Source: an uncultured delta proteobacterium (GTDB taxonomy: Bacteria; Desulfobacterota; Binatia; HRBIN30; BPIQ01). Taken from it: a stretch of DNA of 64,000 nt. The stretch covers positions 1,088,001-1,152,000 of the forward strand of contig CAVXGR010000018.1 in NCBI GenBank assembly GCA_963761335.1, given 5' to 3'. Both the position numbers and the translations under genes were made by a program. The first letter of the stretch is position 1; every line of letters starts with the position of its first letter. Positions 38,791 through 49,010 of this stretch are shown here, piece by piece. Below the pieces are notes generated by a model. It had not been told where the DNA came from, did no database searches, and worked only from the letters and a program-made list of their open reading frames with translations.

Positions 38791-41445
38791 GTGAGACGAG
38801 CTGCACTCCATACTCTCTCGCTGCTCTTCGGGCTGGTGTGCCTGGCTCCGGGAGGCTCCTGGGCGCTCGACCCGCCGCACGATGCCAGTCAGTCGATCGA
38901 CTGCGGCAACTGCCACATCACCCACCACGCCCCGGGAGGAGCGATCACCAAGGTCGCCGGCAACCCGAACCTGTGCATGAGCTGCCATACGCCCGGAGGG
39001 ATGGCGTCCGCGAAGCCCTTTGCCGATGCGGATGAGGCGATTCCGGGCGCCGGCGGCACTTCGCACCGATGGGACTCGGGCGCCTCGGGCTGGGTGAAGG
39101 CCGATCCGGCGAATACCTCGGCCGGCACCGTGCGGTCGAGTGGCAGCTTCAGCGGCCGCTATGCGAAGAGCTACACGATCGCCATCGAGACGCCCGGAGA
39201 GACAGGGGTTGCGACCTTCGCTTGGAGCACCTCGGCGGCGACCAGCGACACCTACCGCGACGATTTCAGCACCATCTCCTTCAGCGCCTCGAATGGGTCG
39301 CGCGACTGGAGCGGCAGTCCGTGGCAGGAGGTCGTCGAGGCGGACGGTGTCGGTGCTGGCGTCGTGCGCGTGGTCGCCAGCACGGCCTGCGCCAGTGGCA
39401 ACTGCCTGCGCATCGGCGGCGGCACCATCGACATGCGCGGCCTGCGCCGCGCCGCGGATCTGAGCGGCGCCAGCTCGGCGATGCTGACCTTCAGCTATCG
39501 CCGGCAGCTGGCAACCTGTCCCAACACCAGCACCGCCAACGTCGCCTTCGAGGTGAGTAGCGACGGAAACGCCTGGACCACCCTGGCGACCTACGACCTG
39601 AACGCCTGCGACAGCGCCCCTGTGGCGCAGGCGTTCGACGCCACGGATTTCGTGTCGCCGGCACTGCAGATCCGCTTCCGGGGGGTGGGCACCGCCGGCA
39701 CCAATGATTTCATCTACGTCGATGACGTGCAGGTCGAGGGGCTGCTCCGCGGTGAGGGAGCCACCGGGGTGCTCAGCGGCGCCGACGTGCCACTCAACGA
39801 AGGCGTCAGCCTGAGCTTCGGCAACGGCGCGGCGCCGCCGTCGTTCGATCTCGGCGATCAGTGGACGGTCTATGCCCTTCCGGACATCAACCAGCCCACA
39901 ACCCCAGCGCTCTTGGCGCGACTCGCGGGCGGCAAGATCACCTGCTCGACCTGCCACAACCAGCACAGCCAGCTCGCCGAGCCGTTCGACCCGGCCGCGC
40001 CCGCGTATCCGATGTCGGCGCCGGGCGGCGAGGGGAGGCACAACCAGAGGGTCGACAACGAGACCAACCAGATGTGCATCGATTGCCACAGCGCGCGGAG
40101 CGTGATGGCCGCGGCACAGGGGTCGCATCCCGTCGGTGTCGCGATTCCGGGCGGGCAGTACAGAGCGCCGTCGCTGCTGCCGTTGGATATCGTCAGCAAC
40201 TCCGTGCAGTGCATGTCGTGCCACCAGCTCCACGACAGCCCGACCAGCGACGGCTCGCTCGCCCGGATCGCCGATGCCACGGCGCTGTGCTCCGACTGCC
40301 ACACCCTGGCCGACACCAGCGCGCCGGCCTCGCATTTGAGCCCGTCGAGCGGCGTCCTGTGGCCGGGACCGCAGTACGGGACGCGCTTCCCGGGCATCAC
40401 CGATGCGTCGAAGAGGGGAGCCTGCACCAACTGTCATCAGCCCCACGGATGGCCCGACGGCGAAAACCCCGCAGCCGACTATCCCGCCCTGCTGGTCAAC
40501 CGGGAGGAGGGTCTCTGCTTCGCCTGCCACGACGGCAGCCCGGCGGCGACCAACGTGCTGCTGCAGTTTACCAAGAGCTACCGGCATCCGACGACGGACT
40601 ACAGCGGCCGGCACGATCCGGCGGAAGGCGGCGACGCCGCCCGCTTCGGTACCGGCAATCGCCACGCCGAGTGTGAAGATTGCCACAACCCGCACGTTGC
40701 CGGCGGCGACGGCACGGCTCCGAGCGCACCGGCGGCCTCGAGACGCATCGCCGGCGTGAGTCGCGTGGCGGTCACCAACGGCGCCGCGGCAACGGTGCCG
40801 GCATTCACCTTCCGAGGTCCACAGGACGGCACGCCCGCTTCGGAGTACGAGCTCTGCTTCAAGTGCCACTCGTCATGGACGACGCAGCCCGCCGGTCAGC
40901 CGGACATGGCGGTGAGGTTCAACACCAGCAATCCGTCGTTTCACCCGGTGGAGGCGCCGGGCAAGAACACGAACATCCGTGCCGGCGGCTTCGTTAACGG
41001 CTGGTCGGCGAGCAGCACAGTCTACTGCACGGACTGCCACACCAGCGAGGATCCCACGGTGCGCGGCCCGCACGGATCGCAGTATGCGTATCTGCTCAAG
41101 CGGCCCTTCGTTGCCAGCAGCAGCCGCCGCACCATGGCCTCGACCGAGGAGTGCTTCGACTGCCACAGCTTCAATACGTACGCCAACACGCAGAGCAGCG
41201 ACACGGTGCAAGGCTACAGCCGCTTCAACCGGCCAAGCTTCGAGGAAGGGCACTCCTTTCACGTGGTCGAGAAGCGGGCGCCGTGCTACGCCTGCCACGA
41301 CTCGCACGGCTCGGGCAGCTTGCCGCACCTGATCGTCACCGGCCGCAATCCGGGGATCAACAGCTACACGGAGACGTCGACCGGAGGCAGCTGCTCCCCG
41401 ACCTGCCACGAGCGCGAGAGCTACCGCCTCAATTACGCCCGATGA
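38791..41445 (+). CDS. Large exported multiheme cytochrome c (13 CxxCH + 1 CxxxCH)
   Basis: Signal peptide ending SWA-LDPPH; counted heme motifs; ~300 aa heme-free insert after the second heme. Confidence 0.92.
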   Translation: MRRAALHTLSLLFGLVCLAPGGSWALDPPHDASQSIDCGNCHITHHAPGGAITKVAGNPNLCMSCHTPGGMASAKPFADADEAIPGAGGTSHRWDSGASGWVKADPANTSAGTVRSSGSFSGRYAKSYTIAIETPGETGVATFAWSTSAATSDTYRDDFSTISFSASNGSRDWSGSPWQEVVEADGVGAGVVRVVASTACASGNCLRIGGGTIDMRGLRRAADLSGASSAMLTFSYRRQLATCPNTSTANVAFEVSSDGNAWTTLATYDLNACDSAPVAQAFDATDFVSPALQIRFRGVGTAGTNDFIYVDDVQVEGLLRGEGATGVLSGADVPLNEGVSLSFGNGAAPPSFDLGDQWTVYALPDINQPTTPALLARLAGGKITCSTCHNQHSQLAEPFDPAAPAYPMSAPGGEGRHNQRVDNETNQMCIDCHSARSVMAAAQGSHPVGVAIPGGQYRAPSLLPLDIVSNSVQCMSCHQLHDSPTSDGSLARIADATALCSDCHTLADTSAPASHLSPSSGVLWPGPQYGTRFPGITDASKRGACTNCHQPHGWPDGENPAADYPALLVNREEGLCFACHDGSPAATNVLLQFTKSYRHPTTDYSGRHDPAEGGDAARFGTGNRHAECEDCHNPHVAGGDGTAPSAPAASRRIAGVSRVAVTNGAAATVPAFTFRGPQDGTPASEYELCFKCHSSWTTQPAGQPDMAVRFNTSNPSFHPVEAPGKNTNIRAGGFVNGWSASSTVYCTDCHTSEDPTVRGPHGSQYAYLLKRPFVASSSRRTMASTEECFDCHSFNTYANTQSSDTVQGYSRFNRPSFEEGHSFHVVEKRAPCYACHDSHGSGSLPHLIVTGRNPGINSYTETSTGGSCSPTCHERESYRLNYAR

Positions 41446-41474
41446 TCGGGCGCACCCCCGGTGCGCCCGCCGTC

Positions 41475-42785
41475 TCAGGCGGTGCCGTACTTGGTTTCGA
41501 CCTGAACGCCGATGTCCCGGAGAAACTGGGTCGGCAGAATACCGCCGGCGCAGACGATCACGGCGTCGTTCGGCAGGATCGTGCTGGCTCCGCGCTGCTC
41601 GATGACGACGCGCTCGTCTTCGATCTCGACGACGTTCGACTCGAGCATGATGCTCAGCCTTCCGCACGCTTCGGCGCCTTGCAGGCGGTCGCGGTTCGCC
41701 TGCCGGGCGCGCGAGGTCGCCCTGCCGCGATAGGAGAGGGTCACGGTCGTCCCGGGTCGCTCCGCCAGGGCCACTGCGGCCTCGATGGCGCTGTCGCCGC
41801 CGCCGACCACGAGGACGTGCTTGCCGTCGTACTGGGCGGGATCGATCATGCGATAGACGACCTTGGGCAGGTCCTCGCCGCCGACGCCCAGCTTGCGGGG
41901 CGTGCCGCGACGGCCGATGGCCAGCAGGATGGCGCGCGTGCGGTACGATTGGCGCGAGGTGTGTACGGCGAAGACGTCGCCCTCGCGGGCGATGGACTCG
42001 ACGCGCTCGTTGTAGCGGATCCGCAGCCCGGTGCGCTGCTCGATGTCTTCCCAGAATGACAGCAGGGCTTCTTTGGTCGTCTCCCGCAGGCTGGTCTTGC
42101 CGACGATGGCGAGCTTGACGGGCGCGGTCATGACGATCTTGCCGCGCGGGTAATGGGAGACGGTGCCGCCGCGGGTCTCCTGCTCGACGGTGACGAAGCG
42201 GAGCTGCTGCTCGAGTGCGGCGAGGGAAGCGGAGATGCCCGCCGGCCCGGCGCCGACGATCAGGACGTCGAGGTCGGAGCTGTTGGAGGTGCGCCGTTGG
42301 TTGGCGATTGCGGCGATCGCCTGCCGCCCCTGTTCGGCGGCGTTGTGGATCAGCCCCATGCCGCCGAGCTCGCCGGCGATGAAGATTCCTCGGACGTTGG
42401 TCTCGAACTCCGGGCCGACCAGGGGAATGTCGACGCCGCGCCGCGCGGTGCCGAACACCAGCTCGATCGCCTTGGTCGGGCAGGCCTGCTTGCAGGCACC
42501 ATGGCCGATGCAGTGGCTGGGGTTGACGAGATGCGCCTTGCCGTCGATCACGCCGAGGACGTCGCCCTCGGGGCACGCGGCGACGCAGGAGCGACAGCCG
42601 ATGCAGTGCACCGGGTCGATGAGCGGGTGCAGGGTGGGCGGATCGGTGAGCCCCGCCTCGGTCGCCTCGCGCAGCATGCGCACGCTGCGTCGATGATGGG
42701 CGGCGCGGCGCGCCCAGTAGATGCCCCAGATCAGCGCCATGGGCGCGGCATAGGCGGCAAACCACAGAGCGTCGCTGTCCATCAT
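41475..42785 (-). CDS. Membrane-anchored ferredoxin / TrxB-like NAD(P)H-FAD oxidoreductase
   Basis: N-terminal TM; CIGCRSCVAACP and CIGHGACKQACP; GAGPAG; GGGDSA. Confidence 0.9.
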   Translation of the reverse strand: MMDSDALWFAAYAAPMALIWGIYWARRAAHHRRSVRMLREATEAGLTDPPTLHPLIDPVHCIGCRSCVAACPEGDVLGVIDGKAHLVNPSHCIGHGACKQACPTKAIELVFGTARRGVDIPLVGPEFETNVRGIFIAGELGGMGLIHNAAEQGRQAIAAIANQRRTSNSSDLDVLIVGAGPAGISASLAALEQQLRFVTVEQETRGGTVSHYPRGKIVMTAPVKLAIVGKTSLRETTKEALLSFWEDIEQRTGLRIRYNERVESIAREGDVFAVHTSRQSYRTRAILLAIGRRGTPRKLGVGGEDLPKVVYRMIDPAQYDGKHVLVVGGGDSAIEAAVALAERPGTTVTLSYRGRATSRARQANRDRLQGAEACGRLSIMLESNVVEIEDERVVIEQRGASTILPNDAVIVCAGGILPTQFLRDIGVQVETKYGTA

Positions 42786-43065
42786 CGCAGCGCGGGATAC
42801 TTCCAGAAGATCGTCCCGAGTCAAGACGATTGCGAGGGCGAACCGCAGAGGAAGAAGAGAGAAGAAATGAAAGGACGCAGAGAGATAGAGCGGTAGAGGA
42901 GGCGTCCTGCAAGTTTCTGCAGAAGGGTGATGGCGGACCGCGCAAATTCTTGCCGTACGCGGGCGTGTCGCGCGGCGCTCACCGGATGCATCGTTGGAAT
43001 CCCGGTTGCGGGCACAGCGATTGCTGCGCAATGACCTCTCGGTGGCCGGAAGCGGAAGATCAACA

Positions 43066-43977
43066 ATGGTTGTCGAAGCAGCTCCCCGGATGAAACGGCT
43101 GCCGCTGCTGGCGCTGCCGGCCACGCGCGCGGCGCGGGTGCGCCGCTCGGGTACGGCACTGCGGGTCGCCGTGCTCGTCCTCTCGACGGTCGCCTGCGGT
43201 TGGCTGCTGCGCGACCGCATCCCGCTCACGCCCAAATCGGGTCCCGGCTACGGGCTCGGCATTGCGGGCGGAGTCACCATGCTGGTTCTCGGGCTCTATC
43301 CGGCGCGCAAGAACCTGCGATTCATGCGCAGCTGGGGCCGGCTGAGCGAGTGGTTCCACATCCACATGATTCTCGGAGTGGTGGGGCCGCTGCTCATCCT
43401 GTTCCACTGTGATTTTCACCTGGGAGCGCCGAACAGCAGCGTGGCGCTCGCCTCGATGCTGTTGGTGGCGACCAGCGGCGTCATCGGCCGCTACATCTAT
43501 ACCCACATCAACCACGGCCTCTACGGCGCGCGCGCGACGCTCGAGGAGCTCCACCAGCAGCTCGACCTGAGCGCCCATACGCTCGGCGATCTGCTGCCGC
43601 CGGCGTCGCGCGCCTCTCAGCGGCTGGCCGCGTTTGCGGCGCGGGCGCAGGCGCCGCAGCGGACGATCGCCGGGCGCTTCGTCCGGGTTGCCGGTCTGCC
43701 GCTGCTCGCCCGCCTGGAGCACGGCCGCGTGCGTCGCGATCTGCGCGCCGACCTCGACGCCGAGGCGGGGCGCAGCGGCTGGGATGCGCGGGCGCGGCGC
43801 ACCGCCGAGGAAACGATCGGCGAGATGATCGCCTCGTACATCGCCGCTCTGGTCAAGGAGGTGCAGTTCAGCGCCTACCAGCGCCTGGCCTCCCTCTGGC
43901 ATGCCGTTCACGTGCCGCTCTTCATCATGCTGATCCTCACGGCCATCGTGCACGTCATCGCCGTGCACATGTACTGA
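43066..43977 (+). CDS. His-rich polytopic membrane protein (putative heme b / ferric-reductase-like TM)
   Basis: WFHIHMILG, LFH, SGVIGRYIY, LWHAVHVP..IVHVIAVH. Start uncertain. Confidence 0.8.
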   Translation: MVVEAAPRMKRLPLLALPATRAARVRRSGTALRVAVLVLSTVACGWLLRDRIPLTPKSGPGYGLGIAGGVTMLVLGLYPARKNLRFMRSWGRLSEWFHIHMILGVVGPLLILFHCDFHLGAPNSSVALASMLLVATSGVIGRYIYTHINHGLYGARATLEELHQQLDLSAHTLGDLLPPASRASQRLAAFAARAQAPQRTIAGRFVRVAGLPLLARLEHGRVRRDLRADLDAEAGRSGWDARARRTAEETIGEMIASYIAALVKEVQFSAYQRLASLWHAVHVPLFIMLILTAIVHVIAVHMY

Positions 43978-44024
43978 GCCGCTCGGCGAGACGGTCGGTC
44001 GCTCTGGACACCGCAGCGCAGAGG

Positions 44025-45371
44025 TTGTGGGTCGCCGGATGCCTCGGCGTCCTGGCAAGCGCCATGTTCGGCACGGCTGCGGCCCGAGCCTCGTGGGTCG
44101 AGCCGCTGCTGATGCCCGGCGAGGTCGCCGCCAAGCACGCGAAGCTCGAGCACCAGTGCGAGAAGTGTCACGCGCCCTTCGACAAGCAGGCGCAGGATCG
44201 CCTGTGCCTCGCCTGCCATGAGGAGGTGGCCGCGGATCTCGGCGAGAAGCGCGGTTACCACGGCCGCGACCCGGCGGTGAGCGGCCAGGTCTGCAAGACG
44301 TGCCATACCGAGCACGAGGGACGCGATGCCGAGATCGTGCGGCTCAATCGGCACACCTTCGAGCACCGCTACACCGACATGCCGCTGCGCGAGGCGCACC
44401 TGCGCGTTCCCTGCGAGCAGTGCCACGCGGCCGGCAAGCGCTATCGCGATGCGGCTGCGGAGTGCAGCCATTGCCACGGCCAGCGGGATCCGCACGAGGG
44501 CTCGGTGGGGGCGGCCTGCGACCGCTGTCACCAGGAGAGCGCCTGGAAGACGGTGCGTTTCGATCACGATGCAGCGTTCCGCCTCGAAGGCCGGCATCGC
44601 CAGGCCGAATGTCAGAAGTGTCACCCGAGCAAGCGTTACAAGCCGACGGCGAGAGACTGCCACACCTGCCACCAGAGCCAGGATCGGCACCGCGGCGCGC
44701 TGGGCATGGAGTGTCAGTCCTGTCACACGCCGCGCGCCTGGTCGACGACCTTTGATCACCGCCGCCGGACGCATTTCCCGTTGCAGGGACGGCATGCGGG
44801 TGCCGCCTGCGAGAGCTGCCACCGGCCGGGAATGGCGGCCGCGGACGCGCCGACGAGCTGTCGGGGGTGCCATGAACGCGACGACGCGCACCAGGGGCGA
44901 TTCGGCCCCGCCTGCGAGAGCTGTCACGTCCCCGTGGAGTGGCGCCGTCACACCTTCGACCACGCCCGCAGCGCCGGCTATCCGCTCCGCGGCCGACACG
45001 CCGCGGCGCCGTGCACCGCATGCCACCGCGGGGCCGTTCGCCAGGAGCACCTCCAAACCGCTTGCGTCTCCTGCCATCGCGCCGACGATGTGCACCACGG
45101 CAGCCAGGGAAGCAACTGCAAGGGCTGCCACGACGAAGGCGGGTGGAGCCGCGGCGTGCTGATCGATCACGACAGCACGCGTTTCCCGCTGAGCGGAGCC
45201 CATGTGCGCCTCACCTGCATGCAGTGTCACATGTCTTCCTCGTTCAAGGACGTGGCCCGCGACTGCATGGGCTGTCACCAGAAGGACGACGTGCATCGCG
45301 GCCGTCTCGGGCCGCGCTGCGAGCGCTGCCACGAGGCGTCGTCGTTCAAGGTGACCCACGAGCCGCGGTGA
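44025..45371 (+). CDS. Periplasmic 18-heme cytochrome c made of six triheme modules
   Basis: 18 CxxCH counted; repeating FDH..FPLxGxH..CxxCH..CxxCH..H..CxxCH..W; signal peptide. Confidence 0.92.
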   Translation: MWVAGCLGVLASAMFGTAAARASWVEPLLMPGEVAAKHAKLEHQCEKCHAPFDKQAQDRLCLACHEEVAADLGEKRGYHGRDPAVSGQVCKTCHTEHEGRDAEIVRLNRHTFEHRYTDMPLREAHLRVPCEQCHAAGKRYRDAAAECSHCHGQRDPHEGSVGAACDRCHQESAWKTVRFDHDAAFRLEGRHRQAECQKCHPSKRYKPTARDCHTCHQSQDRHRGALGMECQSCHTPRAWSTTFDHRRRTHFPLQGRHAGAACESCHRPGMAAADAPTSCRGCHERDDAHQGRFGPACESCHVPVEWRRHTFDHARSAGYPLRGRHAAAPCTACHRGAVRQEHLQTACVSCHRADDVHHGSQGSNCKGCHDEGGWSRGVLIDHDSTRFPLSGAHVRLTCMQCHMSSSFKDVARDCMGCHQKDDVHRGRLGPRCERCHEASSFKVTHEPR

Positions 45372-45514
45372 GAGAGGCGTTCCGGTGCAACTTCTTGCAG
45401 TGCGCGAATCGAGAGGCCGCAAGCGTTTGCAGGGCATGTGTCCAGGTTGACAGATCCCGTCCGTGCCCTTCACCGAGTGCGCATGGGTACGCTTCTTGCC
45501 TTGCCCGGAGCAGC

Positions 45515-46627
45515 GTGAATCGGTCATCGACAAACCTGGCGCGGCGTCCCCCGGGGCGGCGCGATGTGTGGCGTCTTGCGTGCCTCGCTCTTCTCCTGGC
45601 GCTCGGCGGTTGCGCCGCCAGCGCCAAGGTCCCGGAGGTCTTCTGGCCGGATCCTCCGGATCCGCCGCGGATCAAGTACCTGGGCAGCGTGCAGTCGCGG
45701 AGCGACGTCGGCGGCCACTCGTGGCGCGAGGTGCTGGTCGGCGCCGACAAGGCGAGGGCGCTCTATCAGCCGATGGGGATCGCGCTGTCTGCGGACAAAC
45801 AGCGGCTCTACGTCGCCGATCGCGCCTGGAACCTGGTGTTCGTCTTCGATCTGAACGGCGGCGGCGTGCGCACCATCGGCGACCAGGAGCGATATCCCCT
45901 TACCTGGCCGGTGGGCGTGGCCCTGGACGCTCGGGAAAACGTCTACGTCACCGATACCGGCAGCCACTCGGTGCGCGTGTACGACAAGAGCGGTACCTTC
46001 CTGCGCGGCATCGGCAAGGAGGCGCTGGTGCGGCCGACCGGAATCGCCGTGGATACGGTACGCGGGCGTCTGTACGTGGTCGATACCGGCCGGAAGGACG
46101 GCGACGGGGCGCACCGGGTGAAGGTCTTCGATCTCGAGGGGCACCTGCAGCAGGAGATCGGGCACCGCGGTGATGGGGATGGGGAGTTCAACTTTCCCAC
46201 GTTCGCGAGCCTGGACGCCGAAGGCCGGCTGTACGTCGTCGATTCGGTCAACAACCGCATCGAGGTGTTCGACTCCAGCGGAAAGTTTCTCTGGAAGTTC
46301 GGGCGCGGCGGCGACCAGATCGGTGATTTCGCGCGGCCCAAGGGCGTCGCCGTCGATACCTTCGGCAACATCTACGTGGTCGACTCGCGCTGGAGCAACG
46401 TGCAGGTGTTCAACCAGCGCGGTCAGCTGCTGATGATCTTTGCCGGCGTCGGCACGTATCCCGGCTTGCTGATCAATCCGACTGCGATCGCGATCGACGG
46501 CGACAACCGGATCTACGTCGCCGACACGCTGGGGAAGCGCGTCAGCATGTACCAGCTGGTGAACACCACGGCGGCGGACAGCACGGGATCGGGCGACGCA
46601 GCTGCGAATGCGGGCAGAGGGGGTTGA
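45515..46627 (+). CDS. NHL-repeat lipoprotein
   Basis: Lipobox LGGC; WPDPPDPPRI; NHL repeats; GGAG RBS before GTG. Confidence 0.88.
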   Translation: MNRSSTNLARRPPGRRDVWRLACLALLLALGGCAASAKVPEVFWPDPPDPPRIKYLGSVQSRSDVGGHSWREVLVGADKARALYQPMGIALSADKQRLYVADRAWNLVFVFDLNGGGVRTIGDQERYPLTWPVGVALDARENVYVTDTGSHSVRVYDKSGTFLRGIGKEALVRPTGIAVDTVRGRLYVVDTGRKDGDGAHRVKVFDLEGHLQQEIGHRGDGDGEFNFPTFASLDAEGRLYVVDSVNNRIEVFDSSGKFLWKFGRGGDQIGDFARPKGVAVDTFGNIYVVDSRWSNVQVFNQRGQLLMIFAGVGTYPGLLINPTAIAIDGDNRIYVADTLGKRVSMYQLVNTTAADSTGSGDAAANAGRGG

Positions 46628-46731
46628 GTGTTTTGTCGGACGAGGCCGGAGAAGGGAGAGCGAGTGAGATGAAGTGGGGCATGAGCGCAAGCTCGAAACG
46701 TACGGGACATTTGCGGCGAGGAGGTCATGTC

Positions 46732-47382
46732 ATGAGGAGGCAGTTGGTTCTTGCGGCCGCTCTGGTTGTGGCGGTGGGAAGCAGTGCATTCGGGGCCTCG
46801 ATGTCCGGGGGAATGCACGATCTGAGCTCGACGTCGTCGGGACCGAACAAGTCCAATTCGCAGACACAGCTGTGCGCCTTCTGCCACGTCCCTCACAACA
46901 GCCTGCCGGCGGTGTCGCGCCCTCTGTGGAGCCACACCATGACGGCACAGAACCTGACCTGGGCACCGGCGACCACGGTGCGCGGCACGACCCTGCCGAC
47001 GTCGATCACCGGTACGGCGCTGGCGGGCTCGCGCGCCTGCATGAGCTGTCACGACGGCACGGTGGCGCTCGGCGATCTGCTCAACGGCTCGGGCGGCACG
47101 GTCAGCGGTCCGAACGTGACTGCCGGCAAGCTGAGCGGCGGCCCCAACTTCCTCAATCCGGCGGCGATGGAGTCCAACCATCCCCTGGGGGTGACGCAGC
47201 CGGCGAACGTGGCCGGGTTCACCGGGTTCAAGACGGTCCCGGCCAGCAGCGCCGTCAACTACGACGCCTCGGGCTACGTGCAGTGCGGCTCCTGCCACAA
47301 TCCGCACGACGACACCAATGTGCCTTTCCTGAAGATCAACAACACGGGCAGTGCGATCTGCGTGACCTGCCACGACCTGTAG
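46732..47382 (+). CDS. Tetraheme cytochrome c, OmcE-like
   Basis: Signal peptide; HDLSS..CAFCHVPH..PLW..CMSCHDG..NHP..CGSCHNPH..PFL..CVTCH; AGGAGG RBS. Confidence 0.88.
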   Translation: MRRQLVLAAALVVAVGSSAFGASMSGGMHDLSSTSSGPNKSNSQTQLCAFCHVPHNSLPAVSRPLWSHTMTAQNLTWAPATTVRGTTLPTSITGTALAGSRACMSCHDGTVALGDLLNGSGGTVSGPNVTAGKLSGGPNFLNPAAMESNHPLGVTQPANVAGFTGFKTVPASSAVNYDASGYVQCGSCHNPHDDTNVPFLKINNTGSAICVTCHDL

Positions 47383-47451
47383 TCGAGTGGAGGTGGCGAG
47401 GAGGCCGAGTCGGGCCTCTTCGCCACCGCGGAAATCCTGTGGGCTGAGGTG

Positions 47452-47778
47452 ATGGAGCGTCGGGTACGGCTCGCGTCTGCGGTGTTCTTCGCCCTCCTGC
47501 TGGCGATCTCTTGTCTCCCTTCCCGGGGAGGCGAGCTGGGGGACGTGGTCTACTCGCGGGCGACCGGGACGCAGGAGTTTCCGCCGGCGTACTTTCCGCA
47601 TTGGGTTCACCGCATCAAATACAAGTGCTACGCCTGCCACGACGGCCTATTTCCGATGCGCCACACGGCCAATCCGACGATGGATTCCATGTCGAAGGGG
47701 GAGTCGTGCGGCGTCTGTCACAACGGCAAGCTCGCCTTCGGCGTGGATATGTGCCAGCGCTGCCATGTCCGGCAGTGA
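47452..47778 (+). CDS. c7-type triheme cytochrome
   Basis: FPHWVH..CYACH..CGVCHNGKLAF..CQRCH. Confidence 0.9.
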   Translation: MERRVRLASAVFFALLLAISCLPSRGGELGDVVYSRATGTQEFPPAYFPHWVHRIKYKCYACHDGLFPMRHTANPTMDSMSKGESCGVCHNGKLAFGVDMCQRCHVRQ

Positions 47779-49010
47779 GCTCCGGGGGGCGCCGGGCCGG
47801 CGTGCTGTGGGCGCTGCTGGTCGCCACCAGCTTGGCGGGCTGTAGCCCCGAGAGCCGCCAGCGGACACTCGTCTTCCTCTTTGAAGACGTGCCCTCGCCG
47901 GACGCCGCGCCCGGCACCACGCCGCTGGTGCGGCGGCCGCGACGTCCGCCGCCGCCCACCGCCGCGCCGACGCCGACGCCGGCGTTCCTGCAGACGGAGG
48001 CGGAGAGATCCGCGGCGCTGCGGACCTGGGATGACGTCGCGAGGCGCCTGCCGAAAGATCCGCTGGGAAATCCCGATTGGTCGCGGGCCCTGGAGCAGGG
48101 CATCATCGCGCCGCGGCCTGGCATCGAGCCGCGGGCAGAGGAGCAAGCGGTACTGGCCCTCGACGTCGAGATCTCCCGGCCCGGGGACTCGGCGCTGGCC
48201 GTCGTCTTCTCGCACCGGAAGCACGGCGAATGGCTCTCCTGCGACAACTGTCACACCGCTCTGTTCGCGATGAAGTCCGGGGAGACGTCGATGGCCGCCG
48301 GCGAGGCTCACGGAGAGCGGCGCTGCGGCGCCTGTCACGGGAAGGTGGCCTTCGACGTGGTCAGTGGTTGCCCCCTGTGTCACCTGCGCACCTTTCCCAA
48401 GGACGCGCAGGGGCAGGTCGATTGGAACCGCGCCCTTGCGGAGTCGCGCATCGTGCCGGGCAGCGGCCCGAGAAGCGCGGTCGCGCCGGTGCCCATCCTG
48501 GATCTCGACGTCGCCCTCGAGGCCGCGCAGCCGACGTTCAGCTCGGTGTTCTCACACCGGGCGCACACGCAATGGCTCAGCTGTGGCAGCTGCCACCCGC
48601 GACCGTTTCCCCAGGAGGCCGGGGGACTGAACGGGGCAGACCTGCATTCTCGAGAGTACTGCGGCGCCTGTCACGGGTCGGTCGCCTTCGGGCTCACCGG
48701 TGCCTGCGAGCGCTGCCATCCGGCCTTTCGCAAGGAAAAGCATCACAATGCGTCCCTGGATCTCGACGTCGAGATCACCCCGAAGGCCTCGCCATCGACG
48801 ACGAGGACGGTCTTCTCGCACAAGATCCACACACCCTGGGTAGAGTGCTCCGTCTGCCACTCCGACGTGTACGCGCCGACGGCGCCGGCGGAGCGCCCGG
48901 CGATGGCCGACCTCTATACGGGCAAGTACTGCGCCAGCTGTCACGGAAAGATCGCCTCTGAGCTCACCGCGCGTTGCCAGCCGTGCCATGTCGCCGGGGA
49001 CGCCAGGTGA
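47775..49010 (+). CDS. Nonaheme lipoprotein cytochrome with three c7-type domains
   Basis: Lipobox LAGC; three FSHxxH + 3xCxxCH modules; GTGA overlap with the upstream gene. Confidence 0.88.
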   Translation: MSSGGRRAGVLWALLVATSLAGCSPESRQRTLVFLFEDVPSPDAAPGTTPLVRRPRRPPPPTAAPTPTPAFLQTEAERSAALRTWDDVARRLPKDPLGNPDWSRALEQGIIAPRPGIEPRAEEQAVLALDVEISRPGDSALAVVFSHRKHGEWLSCDNCHTALFAMKSGETSMAAGEAHGERRCGACHGKVAFDVVSGCPLCHLRTFPKDAQGQVDWNRALAESRIVPGSGPRSAVAPVPILDLDVALEAAQPTFSSVFSHRAHTQWLSCGSCHPRPFPQEAGGLNGADLHSREYCGACHGSVAFGLTGACERCHPAFRKEKHHNASLDLDVEITPKASPSTTRTVFSHKIHTPWVECSVCHSDVYAPTAPAERPAMADLYTGKYCASCHGKIASELTARCQPCHVAGDAR

